A DNA stretch of 64,000 nucleotides from Candidatus Uhrbacteria bacterium (lineage in GTDB: Bacteria; Patescibacteriota; Patescibacteriia; UBA9934; GWF2-40-263), in contig JAERTI010000035.1 of NCBI GenBank assembly GCA_016844925.1, positions 4,949 through 68,948 on the forward strand. The letters are read 5' to 3'. This document shows positions 1 through 10,145 of the stretch, one piece after another. The translations under genes were made by a program, and so were the position numbers. A model generated the notes under the pieces. The model did not search any database, was not told the origin of the DNA, and saw only the letters and a program-made list of their open reading frames with translations. Numbering within the stretch: position 1 is the stretch's first letter; every line of letters begins with the position of its first letter.

Positions 1-1091
1 GTAATAAACTGATCAATGTCCGGATGCTCAACATCCAAAATAACCATTTTTGCGGCACGACGTGTTTTTCCTCCAGACTTAATCACTCCAGCAAAAGCGT
101 CCAAGCCCTTCATGAACGACACAGGACCTGAGGCTTTTCCGTTTGATCCACCAAGATACTCGTGACTTGAGCGAAGCTTTGACATGTTCGCACCAGCCCC
201 GGAACCTCCCTTAAAGAGCATTCCCTCTGTCACACACAGGTTCAAGATAGAGTGCATGTCATCCTCAACAGAGTTGATGAAACAGGCAGAACACTGCTGT
301 GGTCGGGTTGTTCCCACATTAAACCAGACAGGTGAGTTGAATGCTGCCATCTGGTTTACCAAAATGTGATGCAACTCATCATCAAAGGCCTGAGCGTCTT
401 TTTCTGTCTGGAAGTAGCCGTCTTTACGACCCCAGTTTGAAATCGTCTTAGCCACACGTCCAACAAGCTGACGAACGGAGCTCTCACGATCCTCTTTTCC
501 AACCGTTCCGAAAAAGTATTTTGAAACAACAATGTTGGTAGCCGTCTGTGACCAGGTCTTCGGCATCTCAACACCCTTCTGTTCGAACACCACGTTTCCC
601 TTAGAGTCATTGATGGTGGCATCACGCAGCTCCCATTCAATCGTGTCGAATGGATGCGCTCCTTCCTCTGTGAAGTATCGTGAAACGGAAATACCATTGC
701 CGTATTTCTCCTGCTGGTCATCACCAGCAGTCGTACTGCGGAACGCGCTATAAGACTTAGCGACGTGAATCAAGTTGTTATCGATCAGTGTGAGGTAAAT
801 AAACTCACGAACATCTGTAACAGACGGAACGGTGTGACCATCAAACTGACGTGTCAATCGTGTAAGCACCTGCTCTGCAATCCTCTCTGCCAATCGTTGA
901 TCCTTGTCCATGCCTGAAGCTTCAAGCGCACGACGTATAGACACCAATAACTTTTTCTTATCAAACTCCTGCTCTTCACCACTGCGCTTACGCAGAGCTT
1001 TAACAGATGTCATAAAATCCCAGACTGCCTCTGAGATGGCCTTGGTATCAACGGCCTTATCCTGAGCCTTAACGTTCGTGTGTTCAGACAT
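1..1091 (-). CDS. nrdJ: Class II (B12-dependent) ribonucleotide reductase with N-terminal ATP-cone; runs off the left edge
   Basis: Manual minus-strand translation (absent from the ORF track): MSEHTN..KRSGEEQEFDKKKL (ATP-cone), WSQTATNIVVSKYF, FNSPVWFNVG, QCSACFINSVED, GGSGAGANMSKLRS, ASGPVSFM, IKSGGKTRRAAKMVILDVEHPDI. Confidence 0.95.
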   Translation of the reverse strand, partial: MSEHTNVKAQDKAVDTKAISEAVWDFMTSVKALRKRSGEEQEFDKKKLLVSIRRALEASGMDKDQRLAERIAEQVLTRLTRQFDGHTVPSVTDVREFIYLTLIDNNLIHVAKSYSAFRSTTAGDDQQEKYGNGISVSRYFTEEGAHPFDTIEWELRDATINDSKGNVVFEQKGVEMPKTWSQTATNIVVSKYFFGTVGKEDRESSVRQLVGRVAKTISNWGRKDGYFQTEKDAQAFDDELHHILVNQMAAFNSPVWFNVGTTRPQQCSACFINSVEDDMHSILNLCVTEGMLFKGGSGAGANMSKLRSSHEYLGGSNGKASGPVSFMKGLDAFAGVIKSGGKTRRAAKMVILDVEHPDIDQFI

Positions 1092-1230
1092 AACGAAGGT
1101 AAAGAAATATGTGTTTATTAGGCGAGTTTTTTGAAAGAATTTTGGCGGATAAAAATAAGATCCAACGTTGGGATCATATTTTCTCCTGGAAGAATCACGT
1201 ACGATAGCAAGATCCTCTTCCCCACGGCCA

Positions 1231-1246
1231 CTACTACATGTTGTGG
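1231..1246 (-). promoter_or_regulatory. NrdR box (downstream copy)
   Basis: ccacaacatgtagtag on minus strand fits the NrdR-box consensus acaCwAtATaTwGtg; just downstream of the predicted TSS. Confidence 0.75.
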
Positions 1247-1255
1247 TCACTCAGT

Positions 1256-1284
1256 ATTCTAGGCCACTATATATTGTGTGTCAA
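1256..1284 (-). promoter_or_regulatory. sigma70 promoter of nrdJ with an NrdR box (1264-1279) in the spacer
   Basis: TTGACA-17 nt-TAGAAT; acacaatatatagtgg overlaps the spacer. Confidence 0.85.
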
Positions 1285-1292
1285 AGGACGGG

Positions 1293-1301
1293 TTATCCAC
1301 A
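1293..1301 (+). promoter_or_regulatory. DnaA box
   Basis: Perfect TTATCCACA, 8 bp upstream of the nrdJ -35. Confidence 0.6.
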
Positions 1302-1330
1302 CGTTTTTAAGACACTAAACACAGCTACAT

Positions 1331-1897
1331 CTAAAAACCCATGCTCAGATTAATCGAAGGAGCCTCTTGTTTTAGGACAAAATCGACTGGAATGGCGCGA
1401 CGCCCACCGAGACGATCCTCATAGGCGAGCGCGTTGTACTTCAAGCCGTACTCGTAGACCCCTTTGGTTACCTTCACATCCTGAATACAGTAATCCTTGA
1501 TCTCCTGAATCTTCCCTTCCTTCCACCACTCTACCGCCTGCAGACCATGTCCGCTTTTGCGGTGTCCGATTGTTGCCGCAGCCACATCATCCAGCTTCAG
1601 ACGGAACCCAAGAGCGGCCTTGATTTCCTCCAGCATGTCGAGCTGAGGAAACTTGTTCAGGTCACCAGGATAGTAGTTGTCCATGATCGGCACATCGAAG
1701 TACCGAGAGTTGTAGCCAATAATACGGTCGGCATGTTCCAGGCGTGGCCAAAGTTCTCCGAACTCACTTTCTTCAAAACAGCGATATTCATCCGTCTCAT
1801 AAAAATAGACCCCAATGACAGAAATTTTCATCTGCTTAAAATCAGGGCCTGCTGCTGTTTGAGTTTCAATGTCGAGAACAACTTCCTTATTTGCCAT
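1331..1897 (-). CDS. RNase H-like (RNase_H_2/YprB-type DEDD) exonuclease domain protein
   Basis: VVLDIET, IGYNSRYFD and YCIQDV motifs; start moved to MANKEV, behind TGcTATAAT. Confidence 0.85.
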   Translation of the reverse strand: MANKEVVLDIETQTAAGPDFKQMKISVIGVYFYETDEYRCFEESEFGELWPRLEHADRIIGYNSRYFDVPIMDNYYPGDLNKFPQLDMLEEIKAALGFRLKLDDVAAATIGHRKSGHGLQAVEWWKEGKIQEIKDYCIQDVKVTKGVYEYGLKYNALAYEDRLGGRRAIPVDFVLKQEAPSINLSMGF

Positions 1898-1920
1898 AGT
1901 GGAACCGATTATAGCACACC

Positions 1921-2922
1921 TTAGTTTTCCACAATGGTCTTCAGAACAAGTCCAATAGAACCGTCTGAAAGGAGCGCAGGCGAGGGGTCGCAAAAAAACT
2001 GTTCTGACTTAAATAATGCCGGTGTATCTAGGATATATTTTCCTCCCGGACCCATCTCATCGGTCACTGTCGTGGCCGGAAGCTCCTCAAAATGAATACC
2101 GTCATTGGACGTTGTCATGACAATTCCCCCATCACATCCATACAACTGAACCTGTCCACCAACAACCATCGCCCCAGGGATTCCCATGATCTCAGGGATC
2201 TTCACAGGATTCTCAAAAACGATGCCGTCACCACTTGTTGCAACCCACATACCCATATCTTCCCCTTCGTGCATAGCAAAGTACATGAACCACTTGCCAT
2301 TAAAAGCAATGACCTCTGGATCCGTCATGAGAGCCTCAGATGACAGTGACGCTCCCTCTATCTCAAAGTGGATCCCATCCTCAGAGATCGCCGAGTAAAA
2401 AACGTGAGTTTTTCCAGCACCCCCACCTCGTGTCGAGGAAAAGTCAAAGAAGTGCATTCGTAGCCTCCCGTCATCAAGCTGAATAACTGAGGGATCAACA
2501 GGAAGGTAGGATTCATCGATCACAGTCACCACTCTCTCAGACCACGTCTCACCATCGTCAAGTGACACAATAAACGAAACTTGCTCGTCGAGACCATCAA
2601 TCACAGGACTGCTATCGACAAAATAACTGAGCAACGCACCCGCAGGTACATCTCCCACCGCTTGGTCTAAGCGTGTTAGATCTGGAACCGACCCATGCTC
2701 TGCAATGGCCACGTCACCCACCTCCCAATCTCCTCCAGCTTCTCCGGTGGCAAAAAATACCTGATGGTAATACAAGTTAGGAATCTCATCATTCTGCACC
2801 TGTCCATGAACAAACGATTCGACTGGGGCAGTTGAAGCACCCGCGGAGTCATCGGAAGCTGGTGAGCAACCAAACCCTACAAGGACAATCAATGACAACA
2901 GCAAAAGGTTACGGAGTCTCAT
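1921..2922 (-). CDS. Lipoprotein with putative beta-propeller (BNR/GH43-like) fold
   Basis: Signal peptide with VGFGC lipobox; SLDDGETW, SEDGIHF, SGDGIVF and SNDGIHF Asp-box-like repeats. Confidence 0.65.
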   Translation of the reverse strand: MRLRNLLLLSLIVLVGFGCSPASDDSAGASTAPVESFVHGQVQNDEIPNLYYHQVFFATGEAGGDWEVGDVAIAEHGSVPDLTRLDQAVGDVPAGALLSYFVDSSPVIDGLDEQVSFIVSLDDGETWSERVVTVIDESYLPVDPSVIQLDDGRLRMHFFDFSSTRGGGAGKTHVFYSAISEDGIHFEIEGASLSSEALMTDPEVIAFNGKWFMYFAMHEGEDMGMWVATSGDGIVFENPVKIPEIMGIPGAMVVGGQVQLYGCDGGIVMTTSNDGIHFEELPATTVTDEMGPGGKYILDTPALFKSEQFFCDPSPALLSDGSIGLVLKTIVEN

Positions 2923-3451
2923 AAAGATGGATGGTTTCAGATTGAATCGTCTTAGACGTAATATGCTTGAGCCCTGGAAAACTAAATGTCCGCGCTACAA
3001 CACGTGTACCAGATGGATAGTGCTCTAGCAAGATAGGCTCAAGGCGTTCATTCACCTCTTTAAATAAATAGCTCATTACTACGTCTGCCTGAGGGGGCTG
3101 CTCCTTGAACATGTCGCCATGGACAAACTCTGTACGATCTTCGACGCCGTATCGACGAGCAAGGTACCTGGAGAGCCAAACAAGCAGTCGCAGTCGTTCA
3201 ATGCCGTACCCATACGCCCCATGATCCCTGGCCGCTTGAATCACCATAGCCCCGTCTCCGGAGCCAAAGTCAACTACTCTCTCACCAGACTGTAACTCGG
3301 CAAGACGCAGCATTTCATCGGTGAGCGACGCCCGTGTTCGGACCCAGGGCACACCAAACACGCCGTTGAAAAGAAAATACCCTATCGTTATCAATATAAC
3401 GATAAGGCACATCTGAGCAATAAGAATCAATAAGATCAGCAAAGCTTCCAT
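2909..3451 (-). CDS. Membrane-anchored class I SAM-dependent methyltransferase (FAM173-like)
   Basis: N-terminal TM helix, VPWV, VVDFGSGDG motif. Confidence 0.85.
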   Translation of the reverse strand: MEALLILLILIAQMCLIVILITIGYFLFNGVFGVPWVRTRASLTDEMLRLAELQSGERVVDFGSGDGAMVIQAARDHGAYGYGIERLRLLVWLSRYLARRYGVEDRTEFVHGDMFKEQPPQADVVMSYLFKEVNERLEPILLEHYPSGTRVVARTFSFPGLKHITSKTIQSETIHLYETP

Positions 3452-3453
3452 AC

Positions 3454-4869
3454 CTACTCGATCTTGGCCGATGCTGCCGCAGCCTTAAGGCCTTCGGAAT
3501 ACGTTGGGAACGCGTGAATCATCTCAGCAAGCTTATCGATCTTTGCGCCGAGATACATGGCCAGTGCCGCCTCATGAATCACCTCACCTGCGCGCTGTCC
3601 AATCATGTGCGCCCCAAGAATTTTTCGTGTTGTCGGGTGGGCGATCAACTTAATCATCCCCACACGACTGTTATCTGTCACGCTACGCCCAAGTGACCCA
3701 ACAAGATACCGTCCAATGAGAAGCTTCTTGTGCTTCGCCCGAGCCTCAGCTTCCGTCACGCCCACAGAAGCCACCTCAGGGTCGATAAACGTCGCTCGTG
3801 GCACCACACGCATATCTCGTTTGCGAGGCGCTGTACGCTTACGTTTTGCCAGCAGGGCAGCATTATAGCCAGCGATCCACCCCTCATGGTGAGCCGTGTG
3901 CGTAAACTGCATCCCTCCATCAACATCACCTGCCGCAAAAATATGCTTCACGTTGGTTCGCTGATCTTTCGTTGTGGTTAGGGCCCCACGCTTATCGAGC
4001 AACACACCAGATTCATCCAAATGAAGTCCATCTATATTTGGTCGTTTCCCCGTGGCAACAACAACCGTCTCGACAGCATGCATCTGCGCCACACCTCCAC
4101 TCTCAACATTTAGCCCTGTCACACCCCCTCGAGCATTCACGATCTCCGTGATCTTTGCATCCGTAATCACCTCAACACCCAAGTGCTGTAGGACACTTTC
4201 TGCAATCTGCGAAATTTCTGCATCCTCTCGATGTAGGACCACTGGATTTGCTTGAAGAAGCAAAACACGTGTTCCAAAGCTCGCGTAGAATGTCGCGATC
4301 TCACACCCAACAGGCCCTCCGCCAATAATCGCCATGCTCTTTGGCTGACGCTTTGCTGTAATAGCCTCTTTCCATCCCCAAAAGGTAATTTCATCGAGCC
4401 CCGGAATCGGTGGAATGAAATCAACTGTTCCTGTAGCGATAATAATCGTCTTGCCATAGACATCCTCTCCGTTCACCTCAACAGTATGCGCATCGACGAA
4501 TGTTGCTTCACCGATTACTCTCTCAACTCCTTTCATTTCGTCGAGAATCTTGATGTAGCGATCCCCATGCTCACCACCGCCAGTAATCGCTTCAACCACT
4601 CCCTGCCGATAGTTCATGACACGTTTAAAGTCGTACGAACGGCTCCCAAGATCAATGCCGTACTCTCGAGCGTGGCCCATGAGCCTGTACGCCTTAGCTG
4701 CCTTCAAAATGGCCTTAGAAGGCACGCAAGCAAAGTTTGGGCACTCTCCCCCAAACCGCTCTTTTTCGATAACGCACACAGAAGCCCCAAGACTTAAGGC
4801 GCCCTCAATAGCTGAGAACCCCGCAGAACCGGTCCCGATGACCACAACGTCGAACGATTTTTTTGCCAT
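3454..4869 (-). CDS. Pyridine nucleotide-disulfide oxidoreductase (dihydrolipoamide dehydrogenase family)
   Basis: IGTGSAG, GGECPNFACVPSKA redox pair, IIGGGPVG, HAFPTYSE; probable start MAKKSF. Confidence 0.9.
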   Translation of the reverse strand: MAKKSFDVVVIGTGSAGFSAIEGALSLGASVCVIEKERFGGECPNFACVPSKAILKAAKAYRLMGHAREYGIDLGSRSYDFKRVMNYRQGVVEAITGGGEHGDRYIKILDEMKGVERVIGEATFVDAHTVEVNGEDVYGKTIIIATGTVDFIPPIPGLDEITFWGWKEAITAKRQPKSMAIIGGGPVGCEIATFYASFGTRVLLLQANPVVLHREDAEISQIAESVLQHLGVEVITDAKITEIVNARGGVTGLNVESGGVAQMHAVETVVVATGKRPNIDGLHLDESGVLLDKRGALTTTKDQRTNVKHIFAAGDVDGGMQFTHTAHHEGWIAGYNAALLAKRKRTAPRKRDMRVVPRATFIDPEVASVGVTEAEARAKHKKLLIGRYLVGSLGRSVTDNSRVGMIKLIAHPTTRKILGAHMIGQRAGEVIHEAALAMYLGAKIDKLAEMIHAFPTYSEGLKAAAASAKIE

Positions 4870-4873
4870 ACTA

Positions 4874-5860
4874 TTAGAAAAGATTTTCTGCCGTGTTCCA
4901 AAGTCTGTCATCACCGGCCTGTTTAAGTGCATACCACCACTCAGCTCCCCAGAGATAGACTTCTGAAAGACCTGCAGCGCGGGCGAACGTTATATTTTGT
5001 TCAAACATTTCTTGCGTGAAGGCATCATACCACTGAGTCAGTGGACGAGATTCAATCGGTTCATGAAACCAAGGCTCTGCTTGGAGCTCAGAGACAATTA
5101 CTCGCTCCACATGTCCGTCAATTAACTTCGCACGGAAGTAGTAAAAATCTGGGCTAATCGGATACACAAAATGACCAAAGAAGTCATTGTACGTCTGACG
5201 ATACATGGAGAGACCCAGAACATCCGCGGCCTGAGCAGCATCCATCCACGCCCCCAACTCTCCACTCACCGTTAGCTGCACGGGCCGGTCGTCCAAGTCA
5301 CGCACAAGGTCGACACGCTCCTGCACTTGAGCAACAGTAAACGTTGGACACTCACCGAACGGGAAGAACGGCTCATTATCCACCTGCCAACGCACAACGG
5401 CCTCCAAATCTTTGTACCGATTCACCGCCGCCTCGATAATCCCCAACGTTGCGTGCTGCTGATACGTCTCGTTCAGCTTCTCAGCCCAGTCAGGAATGAA
5501 ACACTCAGGCCAGCGTGGCACCTTTGCCCCAACCACAACCGTGAGATCCACGTCACGCTCTGCTGCTGTTTCGATCAACCAGTCAGGCTTCTCCCAATCA
5601 AACTCTCCTTCTGTGTGCTCAATATCTGACCAATACAATGGCAGACGAACTGACGAGACCTCCAGCTCATCAACAAGTGCTAAAAACGTTTCTTGATAAT
5701 CAAGACCAAGTTGCTCTGCATAAAGCCACGAGTACGTCACTCCGAACTCTGGCTCCACCTCTGGTCTTGCATTCACCCAAAACGAGGCAAAGCTAAACAC
5801 CCCCACCGCAGCGATGAGGGCGAGCACAAGCCATAAATGTAAGTGTTTCTTGTGCCTCAT
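4874..5860 (-). CDS. Membrane-anchored clan GH-A-like glycoside hydrolase
   Basis: VRLPLYWSDIE, WQVDNEP acid/base motif, VSELQAEPW nucleophile region. Confidence 0.75.
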   Translation of the reverse strand: MRHKKHLHLWLVLALIAAVGVFSFASFWVNARPEVEPEFGVTYSWLYAEQLGLDYQETFLALVDELEVSSVRLPLYWSDIEHTEGEFDWEKPDWLIETAAERDVDLTVVVGAKVPRWPECFIPDWAEKLNETYQQHATLGIIEAAVNRYKDLEAVVRWQVDNEPFFPFGECPTFTVAQVQERVDLVRDLDDRPVQLTVSGELGAWMDAAQAADVLGLSMYRQTYNDFFGHFVYPISPDFYYFRAKLIDGHVERVIVSELQAEPWFHEPIESRPLTQWYDAFTQEMFEQNITFARAAGLSEVYLWGAEWWYALKQAGDDRLWNTAENLF

Positions 5861-5886
5861 GTCCTCCGTGTTTACCTCCTACCCCC

Positions 5887-7473
5887 TTAGATCTCCTCGC
5901 GTTTCTCACGCAAGAATGCTAACCAACTCTCAACAATGCCAATGGCTGCCTTAAATGGTGCCTCGATAATAAAGTCAAAGAAGAACAAAAAGATATTGAC
6001 CTTTGGTGCTCGCAAGGCCACCCAACGTCCAGCACGAACAATCGGCAAAAACAGGACGTCAGAGAAGCTCCCAAAGAACCCTCGTGACATATCAATCACC
6101 ACCAACTCCCGTCGTGTGTTGCGGATGCGTAGTCCAAAGTAGGCTACAAGGGACAGGAAGAAAATGAAGAAGAAGATAGACAAGACGTTGAAGTGCAGGC
6201 CTGTACGGAGCACCCAAGCAATAGCGGAGATGGTCAGAAGCCACACAGTAAGATAGAGACCGTTGAAAATCCACCAAAGTGCTCCTTTGTTCCATGGTCG
6301 ACGACGCTTGAAAATAAGCGAGAAGTCATCCCCAGAACCAATCAACCCATGAATCTCTTCGAGGACTTTTTCCGTGTTCTTTGTTCTTGGAATGCGTACG
6401 GTAAGCCCCACAACAGCAAGCAACAGCGGCGGGAACAAAATGTTTACCATCAGCGGGAAGTAATCTGTTGCCTGCAAGATAAACACCTCAAATGGATACT
6501 CCACCAAGAATGCCAAGATGGACTTTGTCAGAAGCAAGAAGATGGCCGCACGGACAACCGTTCGCTTCAATCGCTTGCGGAATGTGCCGTAACGTTCCTG
6601 TGCTGCCTTAGAGATGGCTGTATCGATGCTGGCGACATCCCCACTGGTGAGTGCCCCGGCAAAAGCTTCGGGATTATCCTTTGCAATATCAGAAAGTAGG
6701 TGGAAGACAATGCCGTGACGGCGCACAAATCGGAAAACAGCATCTTGTGCTGGGTGTGTAATCTGACCTTCCACAGAATCGATCACCTTCACAAGATTCA
6801 TGGCGATCTCTTTGACCACTGGAGCCTCGGGTGAAGCCTTGCGCCAATCAGGGTAATAAAGCGTCAATATACGGTACCGCAGGGTGGCAAGGTTTGATTT
6901 CAAAACAGCTCGATGGGTCGCAATATACAGCTGCAGGTCTCGATCCCCTTCTGAAATGACGGATGTCTGCCACTCGATACGCTTGTTCAATTCCTGGTAC
7001 GCATAGCTTGCCAGCGCCTCATCGATGCAGGGTGGGCCAAGAACGTACTCAATCTCAACGGACAGAACATCTGAAAGCCATGCATACACCCGTTGTCCTT
7101 CCGCGCTCTCAGGTTCGAGAATGCCAAAGAGAAGTTTGTACTTCTCAAGAATCCCAGAGACCTTAGCGATCATCGCCGTTGGAACTTGCTCGTTAGGAAG
7201 ATACTTTGCCCAGATAAGTTCGCGCAGTAGTTTCGCAGCCATCTCTCCAGAGGGACCCTCTACCATGCGTCGCTTCAAAATCCGACGAATAGCATTGCGA
7301 CGCAAGAGGTGCTCTTCGTCATACTCAAGCGAGTTACGCACGGTCTCATACACTGAAGCAGCCGCGGACACCGTGTCCGAGACCTTAATCACATCTTCAA
7401 CGTTTTTTGCTTCTTCTTCCTCTCGGCTCATCTGCGCGATGGTGGCCAAGAGATGTTCTAGTGCTTTATCCAT
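5887..7473 (-). CDS. Hypothetical membrane protein
   Basis: 528-aa ORF with soluble N-terminus and about four C-terminal TM helices. Confidence 0.75.
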   Translation of the reverse strand: MDKALEHLLATIAQMSREEEEAKNVEDVIKVSDTVSAAASVYETVRNSLEYDEEHLLRRNAIRRILKRRMVEGPSGEMAAKLLRELIWAKYLPNEQVPTAMIAKVSGILEKYKLLFGILEPESAEGQRVYAWLSDVLSVEIEYVLGPPCIDEALASYAYQELNKRIEWQTSVISEGDRDLQLYIATHRAVLKSNLATLRYRILTLYYPDWRKASPEAPVVKEIAMNLVKVIDSVEGQITHPAQDAVFRFVRRHGIVFHLLSDIAKDNPEAFAGALTSGDVASIDTAISKAAQERYGTFRKRLKRTVVRAAIFLLLTKSILAFLVEYPFEVFILQATDYFPLMVNILFPPLLLAVVGLTVRIPRTKNTEKVLEEIHGLIGSGDDFSLIFKRRRPWNKGALWWIFNGLYLTVWLLTISAIAWVLRTGLHFNVLSIFFFIFFLSLVAYFGLRIRNTRRELVVIDMSRGFFGSFSDVLFLPIVRAGRWVALRAPKVNIFLFFFDFIIEAPFKAAIGIVESWLAFLREKREEI

Positions 7474-7479
7474 ACAAGA

Positions 7480-8829
7480 TTACACAATCAACGGCAGTGG
7501 ATGAATTTCGCTTTTTCGGCCCAAAACTAGGTCCTCAATGCGGTACGTGCCGTGTGTTGGAGCCTCAATGTAGCCATTGTAGGCCATGCGCGCAACCCCT
7601 CCGGACTCAATCCAATCTTCGAGCCACTCATCGGTATAACGCGGATCATTCATCGGCACACCTCCCCCAACGTAGTCTAACCAGATACGATTGAATTCCT
7701 CCTGACTCCCAATGGGCGGTGCCATGATCACCGCAATGCCAAGCCCACAATAAAACGACATTTCAGAGGGTTTGGTCCAAAGAATATCCGTCGTCTTAAG
7801 CACCTCGTTAAAGTCACTGAAATAATCTTGACGACTCTCATGCTCAGGAACGTTCACCCATGTCCCAAGCTCCTTCTTCAGCCCAAGGTCTTTCACAGCA
7901 CTGCGGTAATAGCGAATGGCATCTTTTCGATAACCTGCCATCAGGTTCAAACGAACCTCGTGTCGCGCAATCTTCGATTTGAGACTCTTTAAGATCTTTA
8001 CTCCCAAAGCTCGCTGCGCACCAGCACCACCAACAGAGTACGTAATGGTGAGTGGATGCGTTGCCTCACCTTTTTTACAACGCGCTGGACCCAACTTGGC
8101 TCTAAGCACCTGTGCATAGCGATCATGAAAGATCCCATTTGGATCGAGATTGCAAAGACGACCTGAAAGCAGATTTTTCAGAGTGGTCGATGTAGCACCC
8201 CCAATCAACTCCTTAGGCAGAGGGAACCCTGTCGCATAGATATTTTCTGCTGGGACACCATAGAGCTTTAATCGCTCCACCACACGCCCATTGCTCGCCA
8301 GGTACTTAATGCGAGACCGCTTCGGATCGAGCGGCGCCCAGGCTCGAGAAATATCTGCATCTGTTGTGACACACCAAATGTCTCCAGGGTAATCGTAATA
8401 TTCGGCAAAAAAGGCTGGGATAAAAAACGTGGTGACCATCGGGAGCGGGTTCTCTGAAAGCTTCTCGATGAAATGCTTCCCAAGCCCCTTACGAATCATC
8501 CGAAAGATCTGCTTCACCTGCATGTTTGGCTTGGAGAGATCGCGCTTGGGGTAAAACTTCTCGATCTGCTGCCAATGATCCAAGGCTTCAAACAAAAAAT
8601 TCCCAACCACGGGAATGGGTTTCATTCTAGAAATCGCCTCATACACCTCACGACTCTCACGCCAAAGCTTCCGGTCTTCGGCAGGAATCCCTTTATAATC
8701 ATTCGCAGAAAGCACTAGCCCACCAGAGAGATCCCGAAGGGTATGGGCCGCACGAGAGTGGCCATACCCCATATTCACATCAACAACCCAGGCTTGTTGC
8801 TTGGTGCGCTTGTGCGTGTGCTTGGGCAT
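7480..8829 (-). CDS. Putative GT-B fold glycosyltransferase-like protein (DUF6938-like)
   Basis: VDVNMGYGHSRAA, TGFPLP, DILWTKPSE and PPIGSQEEFN, resembling MGDG-synthase/GT28 motifs; start uncertain. Confidence 0.65.
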   Translation of the reverse strand: MPKHTHKRTKQQAWVVDVNMGYGHSRAAHTLRDLSGGLVLSANDYKGIPAEDRKLWRESREVYEAISRMKPIPVVGNFLFEALDHWQQIEKFYPKRDLSKPNMQVKQIFRMIRKGLGKHFIEKLSENPLPMVTTFFIPAFFAEYYDYPGDIWCVTTDADISRAWAPLDPKRSRIKYLASNGRVVERLKLYGVPAENIYATGFPLPKELIGGATSTTLKNLLSGRLCNLDPNGIFHDRYAQVLRAKLGPARCKKGEATHPLTITYSVGGAGAQRALGVKILKSLKSKIARHEVRLNLMAGYRKDAIRYYRSAVKDLGLKKELGTWVNVPEHESRQDYFSDFNEVLKTTDILWTKPSEMSFYCGLGIAVIMAPPIGSQEEFNRIWLDYVGGGVPMNDPRYTDEWLEDWIESGGVARMAYNGYIEAPTHGTYRIEDLVLGRKSEIHPLPLIV

Positions 8830-8830
8830 A

Positions 8831-9574
8831 CTAGAAGAATGAACGATCCTTCGACTTTGAAACAATCTTATGAGCCTCTTCTGCTGTATCGACAATCTGA
8901 ATCAAATCAAGGTCCTTCGCTGAGATAGTCTGATGCGCTTCAAGTTGTACAGCACGCACCCATTCAAACAATCCGTCCCAAAATTCTTTTCCAACGCAAA
9001 CGACTGGCGTTCCTGACATCTTTCCTGTTTGGATAAGGGTCACAATCTCAAACAACTCATCGAGTGTTCCGAATCCTCCTGGGAAATAGACGTAAGCCTG
9101 CGCTGAGGCAGCCAACATCACCTTTCGAGTAAAGAAATAGTGGAAACCACGTGAGTGTGTCACATAGGGGTTCACGCGCTGCTCTGTCGGCAGTTGAATA
9201 TTGATTCCAATAGACGGACCTCCAGCTTCAGATGCCCCCTTGTTAGCCGCCTCCATGATTCCAGGGCCACCACCGGTAATGACCGTATAACCACACTCCG
9301 TAAGGAGCTTTCCAAGCTTCTCCGCCTCCTTGTACCACTTCGTCTCTGGAGCTAATCGAGCTGAACCAAGAATGGTCACCTCGTTTCGTGACTGAGCGAG
9401 AAACTGAAATCCTTCTACGAATTCCGACATGATGCGGAAAATGCGCCAGGAAATTTCATAGAGACGTGCTGGCTCATCGGCTTTTTCATTGGCCGCAAGT
9501 GGAAGCCGACAAACGTTCTCTTCAATGTTCTTAACGAGTTTTGGAAGTTGTTTCTTTGAGTTTTTCTTTGACAT
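8831..9574 (-). CDS. LOG family (TIGR00730) nucleotide phosphoribohydrolase
   Basis: ITGGGPGIMEA, FFTRKVML, PGGFGTLDELFE. Confidence 0.92.
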   Translation of the reverse strand: MSKKNSKKQLPKLVKNIEENVCRLPLAANEKADEPARLYEISWRIFRIMSEFVEGFQFLAQSRNEVTILGSARLAPETKWYKEAEKLGKLLTECGYTVITGGGPGIMEAANKGASEAGGPSIGINIQLPTEQRVNPYVTHSRGFHYFFTRKVMLAASAQAYVYFPGGFGTLDELFEIVTLIQTGKMSGTPVVCVGKEFWDGLFEWVRAVQLEAHQTISAKDLDLIQIVDTAEEAHKIVSKSKDRSFF

Positions 9575-9594
9575 AGTGGGAATAGTTTATCACA

Positions 9595-10128
9595 TCAGAG
9601 CGCATAGCGCCGTAGTTCTTTTCGACAGGCCTTGGCTCCTGGCCAAAGCTGCTCCACAAGCGCCCAAAACGCCTTTGAGTGATTGAAGTGTGTTGTGTGT
9701 GCAAGCTCATGCGCCACAATGTACTGCGCTAGGTGCATCGGAAGAAGAGAAAGTTTGTAGTGAAACCCAAGCGTCATGCCACTACTACAGCTCCCCCACT
9801 GACGCTTCCAGTTTCCGAGTCGAATACGATCAATAGTCACCGGATGTAATCGTCGCATTTCCAGCACGGTTGCCTCGATTAACTTTAACGTCTCACGTTC
9901 TACACGCTCGCGTGGAACACCGCGGTGCGAGAGTGACTGACCGGGTTCAACAGATGCCATGCGTTCCACCTGTTTCTCGATCCACGCACGATGAGTATTT
10001 ACATGTCTCTCAATCATGCGCGGCGTTATCCCCCTCCTCTCAGGCACTACCACCTCCCATCGCCCACCAGGATGAACGACGATCGACATATTCTTGGCAC
10101 GTTTACTTTTTCTCACAGGAATATCCAT
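9595..10128 (-). CDS. YgjP/DUF45 (M48-like) metalloprotein
   Basis: WGSCS, YIVAHELAH, NHSKAFWALV. Confidence 0.9.
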   Translation of the reverse strand: MDIPVRKSKRAKNMSIVVHPGGRWEVVVPERRGITPRMIERHVNTHRAWIEKQVERMASVEPGQSLSHRGVPRERVERETLKLIEATVLEMRRLHPVTIDRIRLGNWKRQWGSCSSGMTLGFHYKLSLLPMHLAQYIVAHELAHTTHFNHSKAFWALVEQLWPGAKACRKELRRYAL

Positions 10129-10145
10129 AGCCCCATCATTCTATC

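Noticed and set aside
1092-1230. Cobalamin riboswitch in the nrdJ leader
   Set aside because: AT-rich with one hairpin and no B12-box motifs.
1293-1301. Replication origin
   Set aside because: A single DnaA box with no cluster and no dnaA/dnaN context; better explained as promoter regulation.
3454-4869. Mercuric reductase MerA
   Set aside because: No C-terminal Cys-Cys pair, no NmerA domain and no mer operon.
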